Source: Marsupella aquatica (lineage: Eukaryota; Plantae; Marchantiophyta). From it: DNA of 64,000 bases. The position numbers and the translations under genes were made by a program. The stretch spans positions 10,665,875-10,729,874 of the forward strand of contig OZ316891.1 of NCBI GenBank assembly GCA_973895155.1, given 5' to 3'. This document shows positions 12,259-25,300 of the stretch, piece after piece. Each line of letters opens with the position of its first letter. The stretch's first letter is position 1. The notes below the pieces were generated by a model that saw nothing but the letters and a program-made list of their open reading frames with translations, had not been told where the DNA came from and did not search any database.

Positions 12259-14903
12259 CGCCTCCTCAATCGTTCTGTTCCACTACTACGGTAGTCCTCT
12301 GTTCTTCTTTATTGCGGAGAGTGCTCGCGGTGTCTGGAAGAAATCCTGATCGGACTGTAGGAGAGAGATGCTGGAGAGGAGGTGAGGGAAAGAGAGGCGA
12401 CGAATTGACGGATTGGGGCAATTTTTGTGCGGAGGAGGAGGTTCTGCATGGACAGAGCTCTTTGAAACATAGAGAAGAGGGAGAAGACAGAGTACGCGGA
12501 TCTCGTCTGCCGTGCTGTGGCGGTGAAGGGCGGAGGAGAGGGAGGGCTTTTGAATCGGCAGGTGAGGACAGGAGACGGAGGATTGCGACGATTTCTTCGA
12601 AAGCGGAGGAGGAGGGTCCTTGCATTGACGGTAGGGTAGAATTCTCTTGCTGTGTGGGATGTGGGATTCTTGTTTTTGGAAATTGATGGATTGTTTGAGA
12701 TGGAAGAGAGCATGATGGATTGTAGGTTTTCTTGTTTGACGGGAGAAGATTGTTGCACTCACGGTTTTTGGTAACTTCTGTTGTACTCTTGCCTCTTTCC
12801 CTCTCCTTCCCTTCTTCTGTACCTCATTTTTCTCACTCAGCTCTACGATTGGAGACGGGAGGGTCTCGCCGAGGGAGAGCATTCTGAGTAATGAGAGATG
12901 TTGTTGAGCCGACAAAAATGAGAAGATTGAGTTCCAAAATTTGTTGTGTGGGAGGGGAGATCGTTGCAATTTTGGATTGCTAAGCTTCGCGTCTCTTTTG
13001 GTTTTCTCTGTTCTCATATCTTCCTTTTCCTTTTCATGTTTCCCCGCTTCTCAGCTCTCCTCTGTATTTGCCATGGGAGAGTTTCGTCGAAAGTATTCCA
13101 AATAGACAGCATAAAACAGTAGTTCGACAACTGTGTGCCGAGGGAATAATCGTCCCTCATCGTCTCCGTGACTCTTTTCTCTTCTCTTCTCCCCGCTTTC
13201 CTGCTCCCTGTTGTCATCCACTGGGATGGAAGACTCGTATGATGGGAGAGAATTCCGAACAGCAAGAGATATCTTTCGATAGTAGGTAGTGGCTTCTGTA
13301 TCTAGGAGATCGTTGCAGTTACGGCACGGTAAGCTTCTCTTCATCGTCAGTACCTGTATCTTCCTTTCCCTTCCCTTTTCCAATTTTTGTTCTGTCCTTC
13401 CCTTTCTCCTCATCTTCCTAGATACATATTAACTGTGCTTTGGGAGATGGAGAATCCTCGTCCGTGGAGTAGAGAAACCGCCTGGCGTCAACCCGCCCGC
13501 CAATTATTGTCGAGTGAAATCTGGACGTCTGAACAGTCCACGGCTGATGACACCCTTGCATACGTAATGGAGGTTAGGGGCATTTTTAGCGTGGAAAAGT
13601 TCGTAAGGTTTTGAAAGAGTTCTGGGCGACTACAGGTCTCAGAGAATTCTTGTCGCCGAGGCGATGGCGAAAATCAAACGTTTGTTAGAACGTCGTCGTG
13701 CGTCCATTCAGGGATTAAACGATTGCTTTCATCTCCCTGCGGAACACGAGGGCCACTCACAAGAAAAGCACCGGCGATTTGACGGATAGCATGAATGGAG
13801 GGTTAATAGAAGAGGTAGTTGATTCAATCGCAGACGAAGCCCACGAAGATCGGGGATTTCCTCGCAAGCAGACTCGTTTCGACTTGTACCACTTTGGAGC
13901 AAAGAGTTGAGGTCTTTCCGGGCTTCAGAGTAGTTTTTCAAATATTCTCCTTGGCCATATTGGCATGCACCCGTTAGTGCTCAAATTAACAAGCTCGGAA
14001 ATAAGACGGTTCAATAGACGGTGAAAAGTGGAATGTATCTCGTATTGTTGGGGTTACAATTCCGATAATGTTTTTCTTGTCGGCAACTTGCACTTTGTGT
14101 AGAGGATAGTTCGTTGGTGTCGAATTTGGGAAGGGAGAATTGGGAATACTTGTGGATCGGGAATTAGGTGCGTGACCAGTAAAGTACAACTGCTGCTTGC
14201 TATCTTCTGCTCTCTTCGTTATCTCCTCTTCTCTCTTCTCGGTCGAATTCTAATGTCTCTTCTCTCATCTCGGTTGTTACTATGTCTGCACTTGAACGAA
14301 GCGATAAGTCAATCTTTGAAACGAAAGTAGTGACGGAATAGACCCAGCTCAGATGATTGAAGGGCAAAAAGGGAGACGGGTAAGGTCATTTTGCCTGTGC
14401 TTTGCAGTAGTGAGATTGTTTGTCTATTATCGTACGCAGTTTGTCTTCCCGCTGAGATAATACATCTTCGTTTGTGGAAAGCAGAGCCCAACAATAGTTT
14501 CTTCAAGGCGGTTTGGGGTGGGTGACGCATCGAAGACGCTGAACCGAAAATCCTGTTGACCAGTCTGCAGAGTTCAGTTCGAGAGAAAAGATTTCGGATT
14601 CCACGCATTGGGATCATTGTTTTGGCAACAAAAGTGTGGTCGCGGATCATCAGCTTGCACCAGCAGAGGATTGAGACCCTTTGTCAGTTTTTATCAGGAC
14701 AGATAAGATCTGCTATTCTGGTGTGTGAATTCTTCGTCGACGTTTCTGTTTCTTTCACGGAGACTTGGACCTATTTTTAGGAAAAGGTGGACAGTTGTCC
14801 GAAAACGGGGAAATTGAGCAGAAAGGTATTTCGGGGGAACGGTAGGCGGAGACAGAACGTCACCAGAAGGATCAAGGTTCGGAAAGCAGGGAAGGGAGCC
14901 AGA

Positions 14904-17900
14904 ATGCAACCCCCTAACAGGAATGGGAGAGGAGGGAACAATGTACCGTCAATGAATGGTGGTTTTCCAGCATTTCCGGATCCCTTTGCAGGGTTTGGAG
15001 GGTTTGGAGGCTTTGGAGGGTTCGGAGGCTTTGGAGGCAGGCCAGGTAGCCTGTTGAATGACATGTTTGAGAATGACCCATTTTTCAGTGATCCCTTCTT
15101 CTCCCGAGCTTTTGGCGCACCATTTGGAGCTGGTAGTGTTTTTGGACCTAGTGGAATGTTCAACTCAGATGTTAGTGGTATGGGACAACATCAGGGCCAA
15201 GGGAATTTTCTTGATCAGAGACCGTACACCAGTCCAGCGGTGAGTGCTATTGTGTTTTCTGTTTTGGGGCTATTGTGCTTAGATCTTTAGATAGAGGCTT
15301 TTAAGCTCGAAGGTGGCTCCTTTTTGTCAGTTCTTTCTTTTGGATATGCACTGTTGGCATTATAATTTACCTAAACTCATCGATCTCTGGTCCTGGAGGT
15401 TGTCCCTTATTCCTCAAATGTCCAGGATTGTGACTTGCAGTCATGACTCTTTGTCCCACTAGTAACTAACAGGTGAAGTTTCATCGAATACACGTCAAAA
15501 CAATGAAGCGTACAACTGTTGGTTTCCATGAACTCCATTTCTGTTTCTTAGTGACTTTTAGACTACACCGTCACCAAACATTGGGTGAAGGGCTTTTACC
15601 TCACCCTCCAGATGAACAAAACTTTGTATTTGTCCCAAATCTGAGATTTGTGACTGAAAAACGTTCGTAGGTTTGACATTTTCGCTTCCAGGTGAAGAGA
15701 CCCAAGAGAATGAAGAATGTTGACCGTGCAAAAGGCTCACGGGTGAGCTTTGAGGACCATCACTTGATCCATTGAAACCTGGACTTCTTAAGACATTGTC
15801 TTAGCATCTATGTTTTCCGTCGGGTGCGGAGTAGATAACAAACAGATAATGCAGCCTGAAGATAGACGTTTCCGAGCTGACTAAGCATGGGCAACCTCAG
15901 CTGAGAGCTGCTGTACATTCTCGTGGGCCTTCTTTCATAGCTCCAGAGTCTGGTCATGTGAAATAGTCTGGGTATAGCATCGGTCTGGATGTAGAATCGT
16001 TGCTCAATTGACTCTGGTAGCCACTATCTTGTTTCTTCCCAACAATGCTTTGCTGATTGGTTTTGGTTTTAAAAACGGGAACGGAATTTGACCAGTCCTC
16101 CCGTCTGGATGTCGACGCGTTTTCCCTCACCACTCCCCGCTTAGTTTTCATCTGTGTTTTTGTAACTTTATCCAGGCTTTTAATGTAACGATGCCTGCTA
16201 GTAGCATGAACTAGCAACCGCCTTGAGGGTGGACACGGGGTTGCAAACGCAACTTCAGGGTTGATAGATCTTGGAACTCTGATTCAGTTTATACTCTGAA
16301 GTGATGTAACTTGAGTTAACCTCAGGTGCAGGAAGGTAATCGCCGAAATATTCAGATTGAAGGAACTAGGAGGGGAGGTGTTAAGATTGAAGAACTTCCT
16401 GATGATCATGATATTGTTGGTGCCGGGCAGTCCAATTCAAATGAGGAGCCCATTGTTGAGCACCCAGAAGAGGATGAGGAGAAGGCAGGTATGTTCGATG
16501 GACTATGAATCATCTGGTTATCGAATCAGTCTATTTATGGAAGCTTCTGTGTCTACAATCGTGGCTTTCGCCTTCAGGAAACGTCGTCTTACCCGGAGCC
16601 TGTCTCATTTAATGGTGGCTTTGGGGTTTGTACATCGCCCGATGTTGCGTATGTGGCCTTTAAAATTAGTTAATTCATTCAAAGCCTCTCAGATTGGTTT
16701 GAATAAGTTTGTCGGTTCTGATGTTTTTGTTGACTCTGAATTGTAGAGTTGACAATACGTTTTTGTTGTTTCTGTATGTAGAAACATTCCGTTATCAGCC
16801 GAGGGGTGATCAACTAGCTTCCTCACGCTCTCAGTCTAGAAGACAGACGCAGCCTGCCTACAATCCAGTGCGGACATATAGTTTCCAGAGTTCCTCAGTT
16901 GTGTATGGCGGCGGGTCGAATGGACAATACTATTCATCACAGACAACAAGGAGACAAGGCCCAGAGGGGGTACGTAACCAACTCTCCGTAGTCTCCTCAA
17001 CGCCATGTCATGTTTGTGTACTGGGGAGTGATTATCACCAGGAGGTTGCTCACTCTGTAGGATTGTGTGCTGAATATATATATATATATATATATATAGA
17101 TATAGATAACAGGCATTAACTGCTGGCACATACGCTTCTCAGATAATCTATCTGGAAGCCTATTGTCAGTCCCGTGGAATGGAATTTTCCTTCGGGATGC
17201 ATTTGAGCTCGTAAATGTTGACGGAATGTCTCCCATATATTTTTTAAATCAACTCATGGAAACCACTTGATATTCCATCTTGACTTCATTTCATCTATGG
17301 TTAATATCCAGAAGTATTCATTGCTACTGGGGGGATAACGGCTTCTTATGAATTCCCTTTCTAAAACTGATTGCGATTTCTTGTAGGTCATTGAGGAGGA
17401 ACACCAAGAAAAGGATACAACGACAGGAATGGAGACCCATAGGTTATCGCATGGCTTGCGCAACCAAGTGAGTGCACATGTTGTGCTAAGAAGACCTTTA
17501 AAAAGACACTTAGATGTACTGTAGTAAATTCAGTAGCCTTCGTGGTTTTCAGTACAATGTGTGGTGATGCAAGGCCGCCCGCGAAGTCGAGCAAGATTTT
17601 AGGTTATTTCCTGTTTATCGTCCTTAGTGTGAATTGGACCATCTGGGTTGTGACTTTCGTTTTGTTTTCATTGGTATCTATCTCCCAGGGACGATCATTG
17701 ACAAGAAAACGGACTGCAGAAGGTCCAGAACAGAAGTTGGAAACGTTACATAACCTGGAGGAAGGTGAGTCCTCTTTTGTGAAAAAGAGGAGGGTCTATT
17801 GTCCCTTCCCTTAAGATTTGCTCTGAATGCTGAGAGGTCATTGCAAATCTTACTTGCAGATGAAGTGCAAGACTTCGAGAGGACTTGGGAAACATTGGCT

Positions 17901-18137
17901 GAGAAAAGTCTTCCAAAATGGAATAAGAGCTCCTCTTCACAAAGACTAGGTAAGTTACACTTTCAGAGAGTAACTTTGAATTTTCTCTTTCCATTTAGTC
18001 AGTAATATTTCAGTTATGTTCAGTGTGCTAGATTTCTTACGTGTTTCTTTTGGTATTGTCAATGATGGATGTGTTTTACAGGTTCCAGTTCAAAATCATA
18101 TCCGGCTCTACCATCCAGTCGTTGTAACAGGCGGTAG
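14904..18137 (+). CDS. MLF: Myeloid leukemia factor (MLF)-family protein
   Basis: Exons at about 14904-15239, 16326-16487, 16783-16969, 17387-17467, 17689-17764, 17860-17949, 18082-18137 splice in frame. The product includes DPFFSDPFF, IEELPDD, YSFQSSSVVYGG..YYSSQTTRRQGPEGVIEEEHQEKDTTTG.ETHRLSHGL..QGRSLTRKR...ETLHNLEEDEVQDFERTW, matching the recalled MLF (Mlf1IP) domain pattern. Stop TAG at 18135-18137. Confidence 0.85.
17074..17098. repeat. (TA)n microsatellite in an MLF intron
   Basis: Run of about 12 AT units. Confidence 0.9.
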
Positions 18138-19351
18138 GATAGACGAAGCAGAGGAAAGATTGTCTATTAGCGCTGCAGATATCAAATCAATACTGGATGA
18201 ATAGCCGTGGGCGTGAGCTACCGGACGTTTGTCAAACACCAAGTGTGGCAATTTGAGATATGTTTTAAAATTTTAGTAATGTGGGTTGTCCGAAAAGCTA
18301 TTAGAGCTCCTGCGGTTATGTACAGTGCCTGAGACTCGGATCTCCCGGATTGTAGATCTGGTATGATGCAAGTGTAAGTAAGTATAAATTCTCAGCGTAG
18401 AGATCCTCACTTTTGTAGACTGTGGAGAAGGTAGATGTAGGAAGAACGTTCTCAACTCCAGTATAGATAGAAATCGTTTCGTAATTACTTACTCTTTGAG
18501 GTACAACATTCTACTGAGTGACCACAGTAGGTCGCTTCAAAACCGTTCATCTGAACCAGGATGCGCTATTTTCGACTCCTGAAATAAATATGCTCGAAGG
18601 TCAAAAAGGGTCGTCGGTAGAAGTGGAGAGTTGCTTTATGATTTGCATCACAGTACAGTGCTGTGCAAAGCTTGCGTTCTTCCATTGGCATAGGACGATG
18701 TCAGCCGAGGCCTTGCTCGCCCAGTAAATTTTAAGCAGGCCAGACTCTGACCGATCCTCATCCCCACCTGCAAAGCGTCTGGTTCTAATTTCCACAAACC
18801 TACTAATGAAGTGCTTCCTTGATATATCTTAGACATTCAGAACGAATGGTTTCTGCCATCGCGTTGACATCGCAAAAACCTTGAAAGGGGCATCAGTGCA
18901 GGAATGCCATCATATTTTGATATATGAATAGTGCCCCCTATGGAGCTGACCCTGAAAGAAAATCTGTTATGTAGACGCATCTGAGGATTTCATACCTTCA
19001 TTATAAATGCATTCATCTACTTACCTCCAAAGATTCATCTGTATTTGTCTCTCTACATTCTTCTTACAACTGGGGAGTGACCCTTCAAGAAACATCGATC
19101 TAACCTTGTATGAAATTGTGTATTTGAGAAAGACAGTTTTTAAAGTCTGCATACGTAATTGTGGGGCTTTTAGGAACGACAAGTTCATGGATTGTGAAAC
19201 AGTACATAGATTGAACTGTCAAACGACAAACAATAACTACTAAAAATCGACGATTAGATGTCTTGATTTAGATATCATCTGCAAAAGAGATTTTTTTACT
19301 GCTAGTTTTGAGGAAACCTCAATTGCTAAACATGTCAACGGTAACTTGAGT

Positions 19352-22300
19352 TCAAACCTTACTTTTCTTAGGCTCGAACTCAGCGAGACCTGTTTTCTTG
19401 TACTGCATAGCAATGGCCTGTCTCTGTTTCGCATATGTTGATTGCCCAATATTTGAGTACAACGGTCTATTTGGGAAGTCATACAAAGCAGGCGGTACTT
19501 TAGGGAGAAGAGGAACTATTCTTGCCCTGGTTTCCTCCAACTCTTTTCTGAGCTCTTCTAATTGCTCTGCTTGTTCATGAGCTGCACAACAAAACGAAGA
19601 TGAAGCTTGAAATTAGTCTAACAAATCAAAGCCATGAGTGAGTTTTACAGCCATTGTGGCACGAAAGCCTCTTCTTATTGTCAAACATAATTGCCCCATG
19701 ATAGTCAACATAGAGACGTGCGTCACGTTTGGGCTCCTAGGTCGTACAGAAATCGCATCAGTAGAAGTTGACGGTTGCAGAGAGTGTCATTGAGGACTAT
19801 ACCTAGTTCCTTTAGCTTGCGCTCAGCACTCAAAGTTAGGAAGTGTTGGTTCAACATAGCCTCCTTGTTTGCTGCTGCTACTGCAACAATGGTTGCCATG
19901 GGCCCAAAGTTAGGTTCGTAATATGAGTAGACAGCGAGTTTTGAACCTATTTGGAACTAATTGCTGAGAGCGAAGGCTTTTAAAAGCTTTGAATAGTGGT
20001 AGAGCCCATTCTGAGCATGATCATCACTGTAAATATCACTTGCTTTTTGTTATTCTCGTGTTCCAACAACAAAATATCTCATGTTAGAAGCAAAGGGTTG
20101 CTTACATGTGTTGCCACATATGCGATATTGGAATGTGTAATCCTTGTGAACTTCAGTGGCAGTTTGAAGGAGACCGACATTCTGTTCCTGGAGCATCTCA
20201 ATTTTTCTTTGTATTTGGTGCAAAACATACTCTCTGTCGGCTCTCCTTTTCTCCTGTATACTTGAATTGTACTCCAACCTGGAAAAGCAGACAACCTCAA
20301 TAACTGTCATGGATCAAAGAAGCTTTGTGAGTCCATGTGAGCCTAGTTCATGTTCAACCTAACAACACCGTTCTATTACAATTTGCCAAAACATATCTGA
20401 AGCTGCAAGAGAATTCCTATCGTCGTGTGACCTTCATTTGAATGTCGATGCTCAAATAGAAGTTGATTCAAATCTTCATCTTAACCCTGTTTAATTAGCT
20501 GATCTAGCTGGTCCTGTATAACAGTAATTTTGTCACAACAAACTCTGGCAAATCTCGACGAAAGCCTTCGTTCCTCTTGATGGGCAAAAGATTGCATCAC
20601 TTGCCCTATGTATTATAGTAATGTGAACCAAAATTTAACCCAAAAATAAACACAAAGCAGCCATTCACTAATCCAATATGAGGATAATCTCTCCCATGCA
20701 TCCCCTTGACCTATATCTTGAAGGATGAGGCATGCCTAAGATGAATGTATTAAAGGTTAACTAGGCTGAGTTATAATTTATTTATGATGGGGAAATAGGT
20801 GCCTGTTGGCCAGAGCCAAAGCTTCTGATGCTGAAGATGGATCTTCTCCAGTCTTGATCACATTTTGATTGGCTGCCAAAAGAGATAAAATTGAGATTAT
20901 TTTCGGTAGTCTGAAGGACTTGTGAATGACATGTTAGATTATATCAGTCGTTCTAAATGCATTAAAATTAATCTTCATCTGGAGCTATATTGGTCAATCA
21001 ACTCTGCATCTTTCTACGATGAAAAATAGGGACTTTGACAGGAGACTGCCATCAGTGGGACAGTCATATAAGTGACACATTGACACAGATTCAATTATTT
21101 CTACCTAGTTTGCTGTTAGTAATGCATTGCCCTCCACGTTATAAGGGACAATCGTCCCCTACTTTGTTATCAATTGAGCTGCTTTAATCCAACTTGGTAA
21201 ATTTTACTGTTGAAGGAGGTACTGTGTTGGCCGATAAAATTTGAAGGCCATAGTTGAACACGGACTACAATGCACCTTTTGTAACTCGCAGCAGCTGTAA
21301 GTGCCTGATCTTTTCACCCACATGTTGCTGCTGAAGTCTAAGTCTCGTTATTTCCCAATTAAGCAAGTTGTTTTCAGCTTTCCAAGCTCTCATTTTCTTC
21401 ATCATATCGACCTAAACTCATCCTCCTCGGGAACACAAAGACCCATAAGTATTCAGTCCAATAGATTTATCCATTTGGAATCTCAAGAGATTTATCCATT
21501 TGGATTCAAAGCCTCCCCTTCAAGAGATAATGCAATTCTGAAACACGTTCATGAGCAGGTGGCATTTTATTCCTATAAATCATGAATAGGGAGCTATGGT
21601 GGTAACAGATTATAATTATGACCACGAGGAACAATTTGAGCTACATAATGTGCCCATTTATCTGATAATTTTACCTTTGAATTAGCCTCAAGAAGTACAA
21701 TCTCATTGCATTCCACGATGATGGATCGAGGGAGGAGGCCAACATTCACATATTCTCCTTCTAGAGGCTTCAGGTCAGCCTCCACCAAACCTTGCTTCAT
21801 CTTAAGAGGAACAACCATATTTTTCCTCTTCTTCTCTCTGTTTTCCCGGAATTCTGCCATGATCAAGAATGAAAGAAAAGCCTTAGCAATGGAAAACATA
21901 CTTTGAATAATTCTTGGGAAAGGCTCATTCTCTTCATGAGCAACGAGTTTTGGGCTCAAAGAAACCCGTTTTACAAGCTTTCAATTACTCTTAGCAGTGA
22001 ACTCACCAGCAAGGGTTCTCAAAACGTGCTCAATCTGTTTTCGATTTGTATCATCACTAGCAGTCAGTTCAATCAAGCAGCTTTGCATTTCATTCATCAC
22101 TGTTGTCAACTTCTTTACTTCCTCTTCTTGCTGCATCTTTCTTGTTCTCGCCTCCAACAGTCTATCCCATTGAGCTGGTGTGACTTCCTGTCAACATTGA
22201 GAGAAAAATGAGCATCCTAAACTAGTGGCTCTTTTGTAAAATATGCATCATGTAAGAAATTGTTGAAAATGGTTGTTTTCATAACACGAGGTGCATCACA

Positions 22301-25300
22301 ATACTGGGGTTCGGGTACGAAGTTCTTGAACGCATGGTTTACTTCGAGGGCCTCATCGTCGTTAGGATTTCTCATACCAGTCAAAGTGGTTCAAGAATAC
22401 CTACCCCAGGCCTCTCATAAAATGGATCCACCACAGCAGCAACAGCAATAGATTTCTTTGGAGGACCCATCTGCAAATTATGATTGAGGGAAAAGCCTCA
22501 TGAATATCTCTTATCGGTTAAAACATTAACAATGGACCTCCGGTTTATTAATGTTAGTTATTTTCCCATAAAATAACAGAAAGATTTTATCAAGGAATAA
22601 TCTCCCTAAAACGATAGTGACAGAACTTTTCTTTAGTTAAAAAATATATTTGCAATGTTGATACGGTATCCTGACTCTTGTAAACAGTCTGGCACGCAGT
22701 AGATCAATTTTACAAGTTTGAACGAGGACACAGCATTCTAGTGGTTTTTAAATTCAAAGGACCTAATATGCTTGTTAATCATCTAGAATAACATTTTGGG
22801 GATGATGGATATCTTCTGGGAAAATTAAAAATGATCCACTACCGAATATGTTTCAATGTCCATAACTTCAACTGAGAACTTACAATTGACCCTCTGTGGT
22901 AGACAGCTTCAGCTTGTTTTGATCGCTGTCTTTCAGGGGAGCTCGGAGGAGAAGCTTTTCCACCTTTATCTTTTATTTCCCCAACCCTGAAATTGTAAAG
23001 TCCGCAAGAGTGAAGTGCGGACTCAGGAGGATCTCAACCAAGGCTGTTGATGTGAAGGAATGTTCGGAAGTGTAGAAGAGCCAAAGAAAGTAAAAGGCTG
23101 ATTTCGCAATAAGTGAAGGGACAGTACTCATATTCTTCAAACAAATAGTTGAAATAGTTGAACTTTTTCACACTAAAGTAACAAATCTATTTAATATCAC
23201 CTGTATCTCACTCTAAATGGCCCTTGGAATTTCTTAAAATTCAAGAGAGTTAGTGATCTCCTAATTTTAAAAAGTTGTCTCGCTTGTAGGAAATCACCCC
23301 GTCACGGCAATTATGAAGAGATTTTGTCGGGCTTAATTTTTCTCTTTTATATCAGTTTAGTTTCAATTTACGTAACATCAGAATCATTTTCTTGGAATCC
23401 TATCCGTTGATACTCCATGAAATCCAGTATGATCTTTTGGAACTGAACTAGGACCGACTGTGCACATTTCACGGGGTGAAATTGGACGTGCAAAACACGT
23501 CAGCAAAAGGGTCATTTAGAGTGAAGCTCAGCTATTGGTGTAAATGGCCAAGATTTTAGTATCACCAATGAAATCTTAATGGAAATCAGCTAAGTTTACA
23601 ATAAGTAGAAAAGGAGCAGCATGTAGTGATGTCCACTGTCACTAAAAGATAAGTTGGTTAATTTTTTCCTGTTAGGAGAATGATCGAACACACCTCATAG
23701 GTCGCCTTTGAAATGCTTTGGATAGCTCACCAATCTGATCTCCACAGTCAGAAAAGTTCTTCCTAAAGTTTTTCTCTTGAGCTTTATCTTCAGCAATAGC
23801 TTGCTCATATTCTTCCCGAAACGCATCTACCTACATGCGCAGCAGCGCATAACTTTGTCATTGAAAGTCCAAATTTGCAATAACAGAACAATAGAAAGAG
23901 GCTTAGTTAGAAAATACATTTGACATCAACATGATTATTCTTTTATTTCTACTTTTGAGCTGCAAAAGGATTCTTGTTATACTTTGCAAAATGCTAGGAA
24001 ACTTGAACAACATTCTACCCAGCATTTTTTCAATATTGTTAATTTTTAGTATAAGGTGCCAAGGGCAGACCAGTCAACGTTAAAAAACCATTTCCCACAA
24101 ACAAAGCTTTCCCCAGAAGGTTTGTAATCGATGATATGTGATGTGCCTATATTTTCATGTATTAAGAGTAGTGCCTGTATTAGTCATAAACTAACACCCC
24201 GCTTAAACCTCCGAGACGCTGGGCAAGCATACTGGAAGGAGGTGATAGTCTCGGGTTTTTCAACCAGGCACATTATGTGTTTCACAAAGTATTCAATGCT
24301 GCACCTTTGATGACTGACAAATTAAGTCCATTCAGTTAGCTGATTGTTGAAGTGATCTCAAACTTTTCATGAAGAGGCTTTAATCATAACACAAATGACT
24401 GCATTTTGTGAACGTAAAATATCTGACACCAGTGCGATAAAATCTGAAAGCTAGGAGAAATTAGAGAGCGTCATATAACACTGCATCCCTCACCATTATA
24501 GAAAATTGAAAATTTGTTATGTTATTTTCAGTGAAGGTTGCAACGTTAAACGTAATTATATCCATAATCTACAACCTGTGTGGATGAGCTCACCTCACGT
24601 CTGAATTCTGTGAGAGCACTCACGGACTGAGCCTTGGCAGATTTTAGGTTCTCCATCATCTTGCTCAACTGTACCTCTCTTCTCTCATCAGCAAACTCCT
24701 CCACTTCCACATTAACCCCAAAGCGAGTAATGCTCTCCTCAATCGCAGTACACTTCACCTCATCCTATAAATAAACAACGGTTTTACTTCTGTTCTTCAC
24801 AAAATGCCTGAGTGTAACATTTTGGGCAAGCTCATTGGCCTGGTCACAACAATGCAATCTCCGCACAAACAAGGCGCCCATTGCAAATAGCAACAAAATA
24901 GTTTACGTCACATTAGGGAAACAAGTTAAAACGTTTTACTTGAAGTCTCTGGTTGAATAGGTCAAGAACTTCTTTATCAAAACTGCTGGTCATTTCTTGA
25001 ATGTCACTAACTAGTTTTCTTTGCTCCGCTTCCTGTCCACGGATCTTTTTCTCCTTTTCTTCTTTGATTTGCTGAAAAGAGGTATCCCCATTGTACAATA
25101 TAAGAAACCATGGTAGAATGCAGCTCTTCCAACAAGACTCAATACAATGGTGAGTTGCTTCGTGTAGGAGAGGCACTGGGTTTGTTCCCCACCAAGAAAT
25201 TTTGAAAATGATATTCTTTTGAGTGATCGTTTAGATGCCGAATCCCAACACAACCAAACCATTTCGCCTAACTGTGTAATTTCTTGCAATAGTATTTTAA

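Noticed and set aside
11664-13413. Several overlapping 120-243 aa ORFs
   Set aside because: They have no recognisable motifs and are explained by GA/CT-rich, stop-poor promoter and leader composition.
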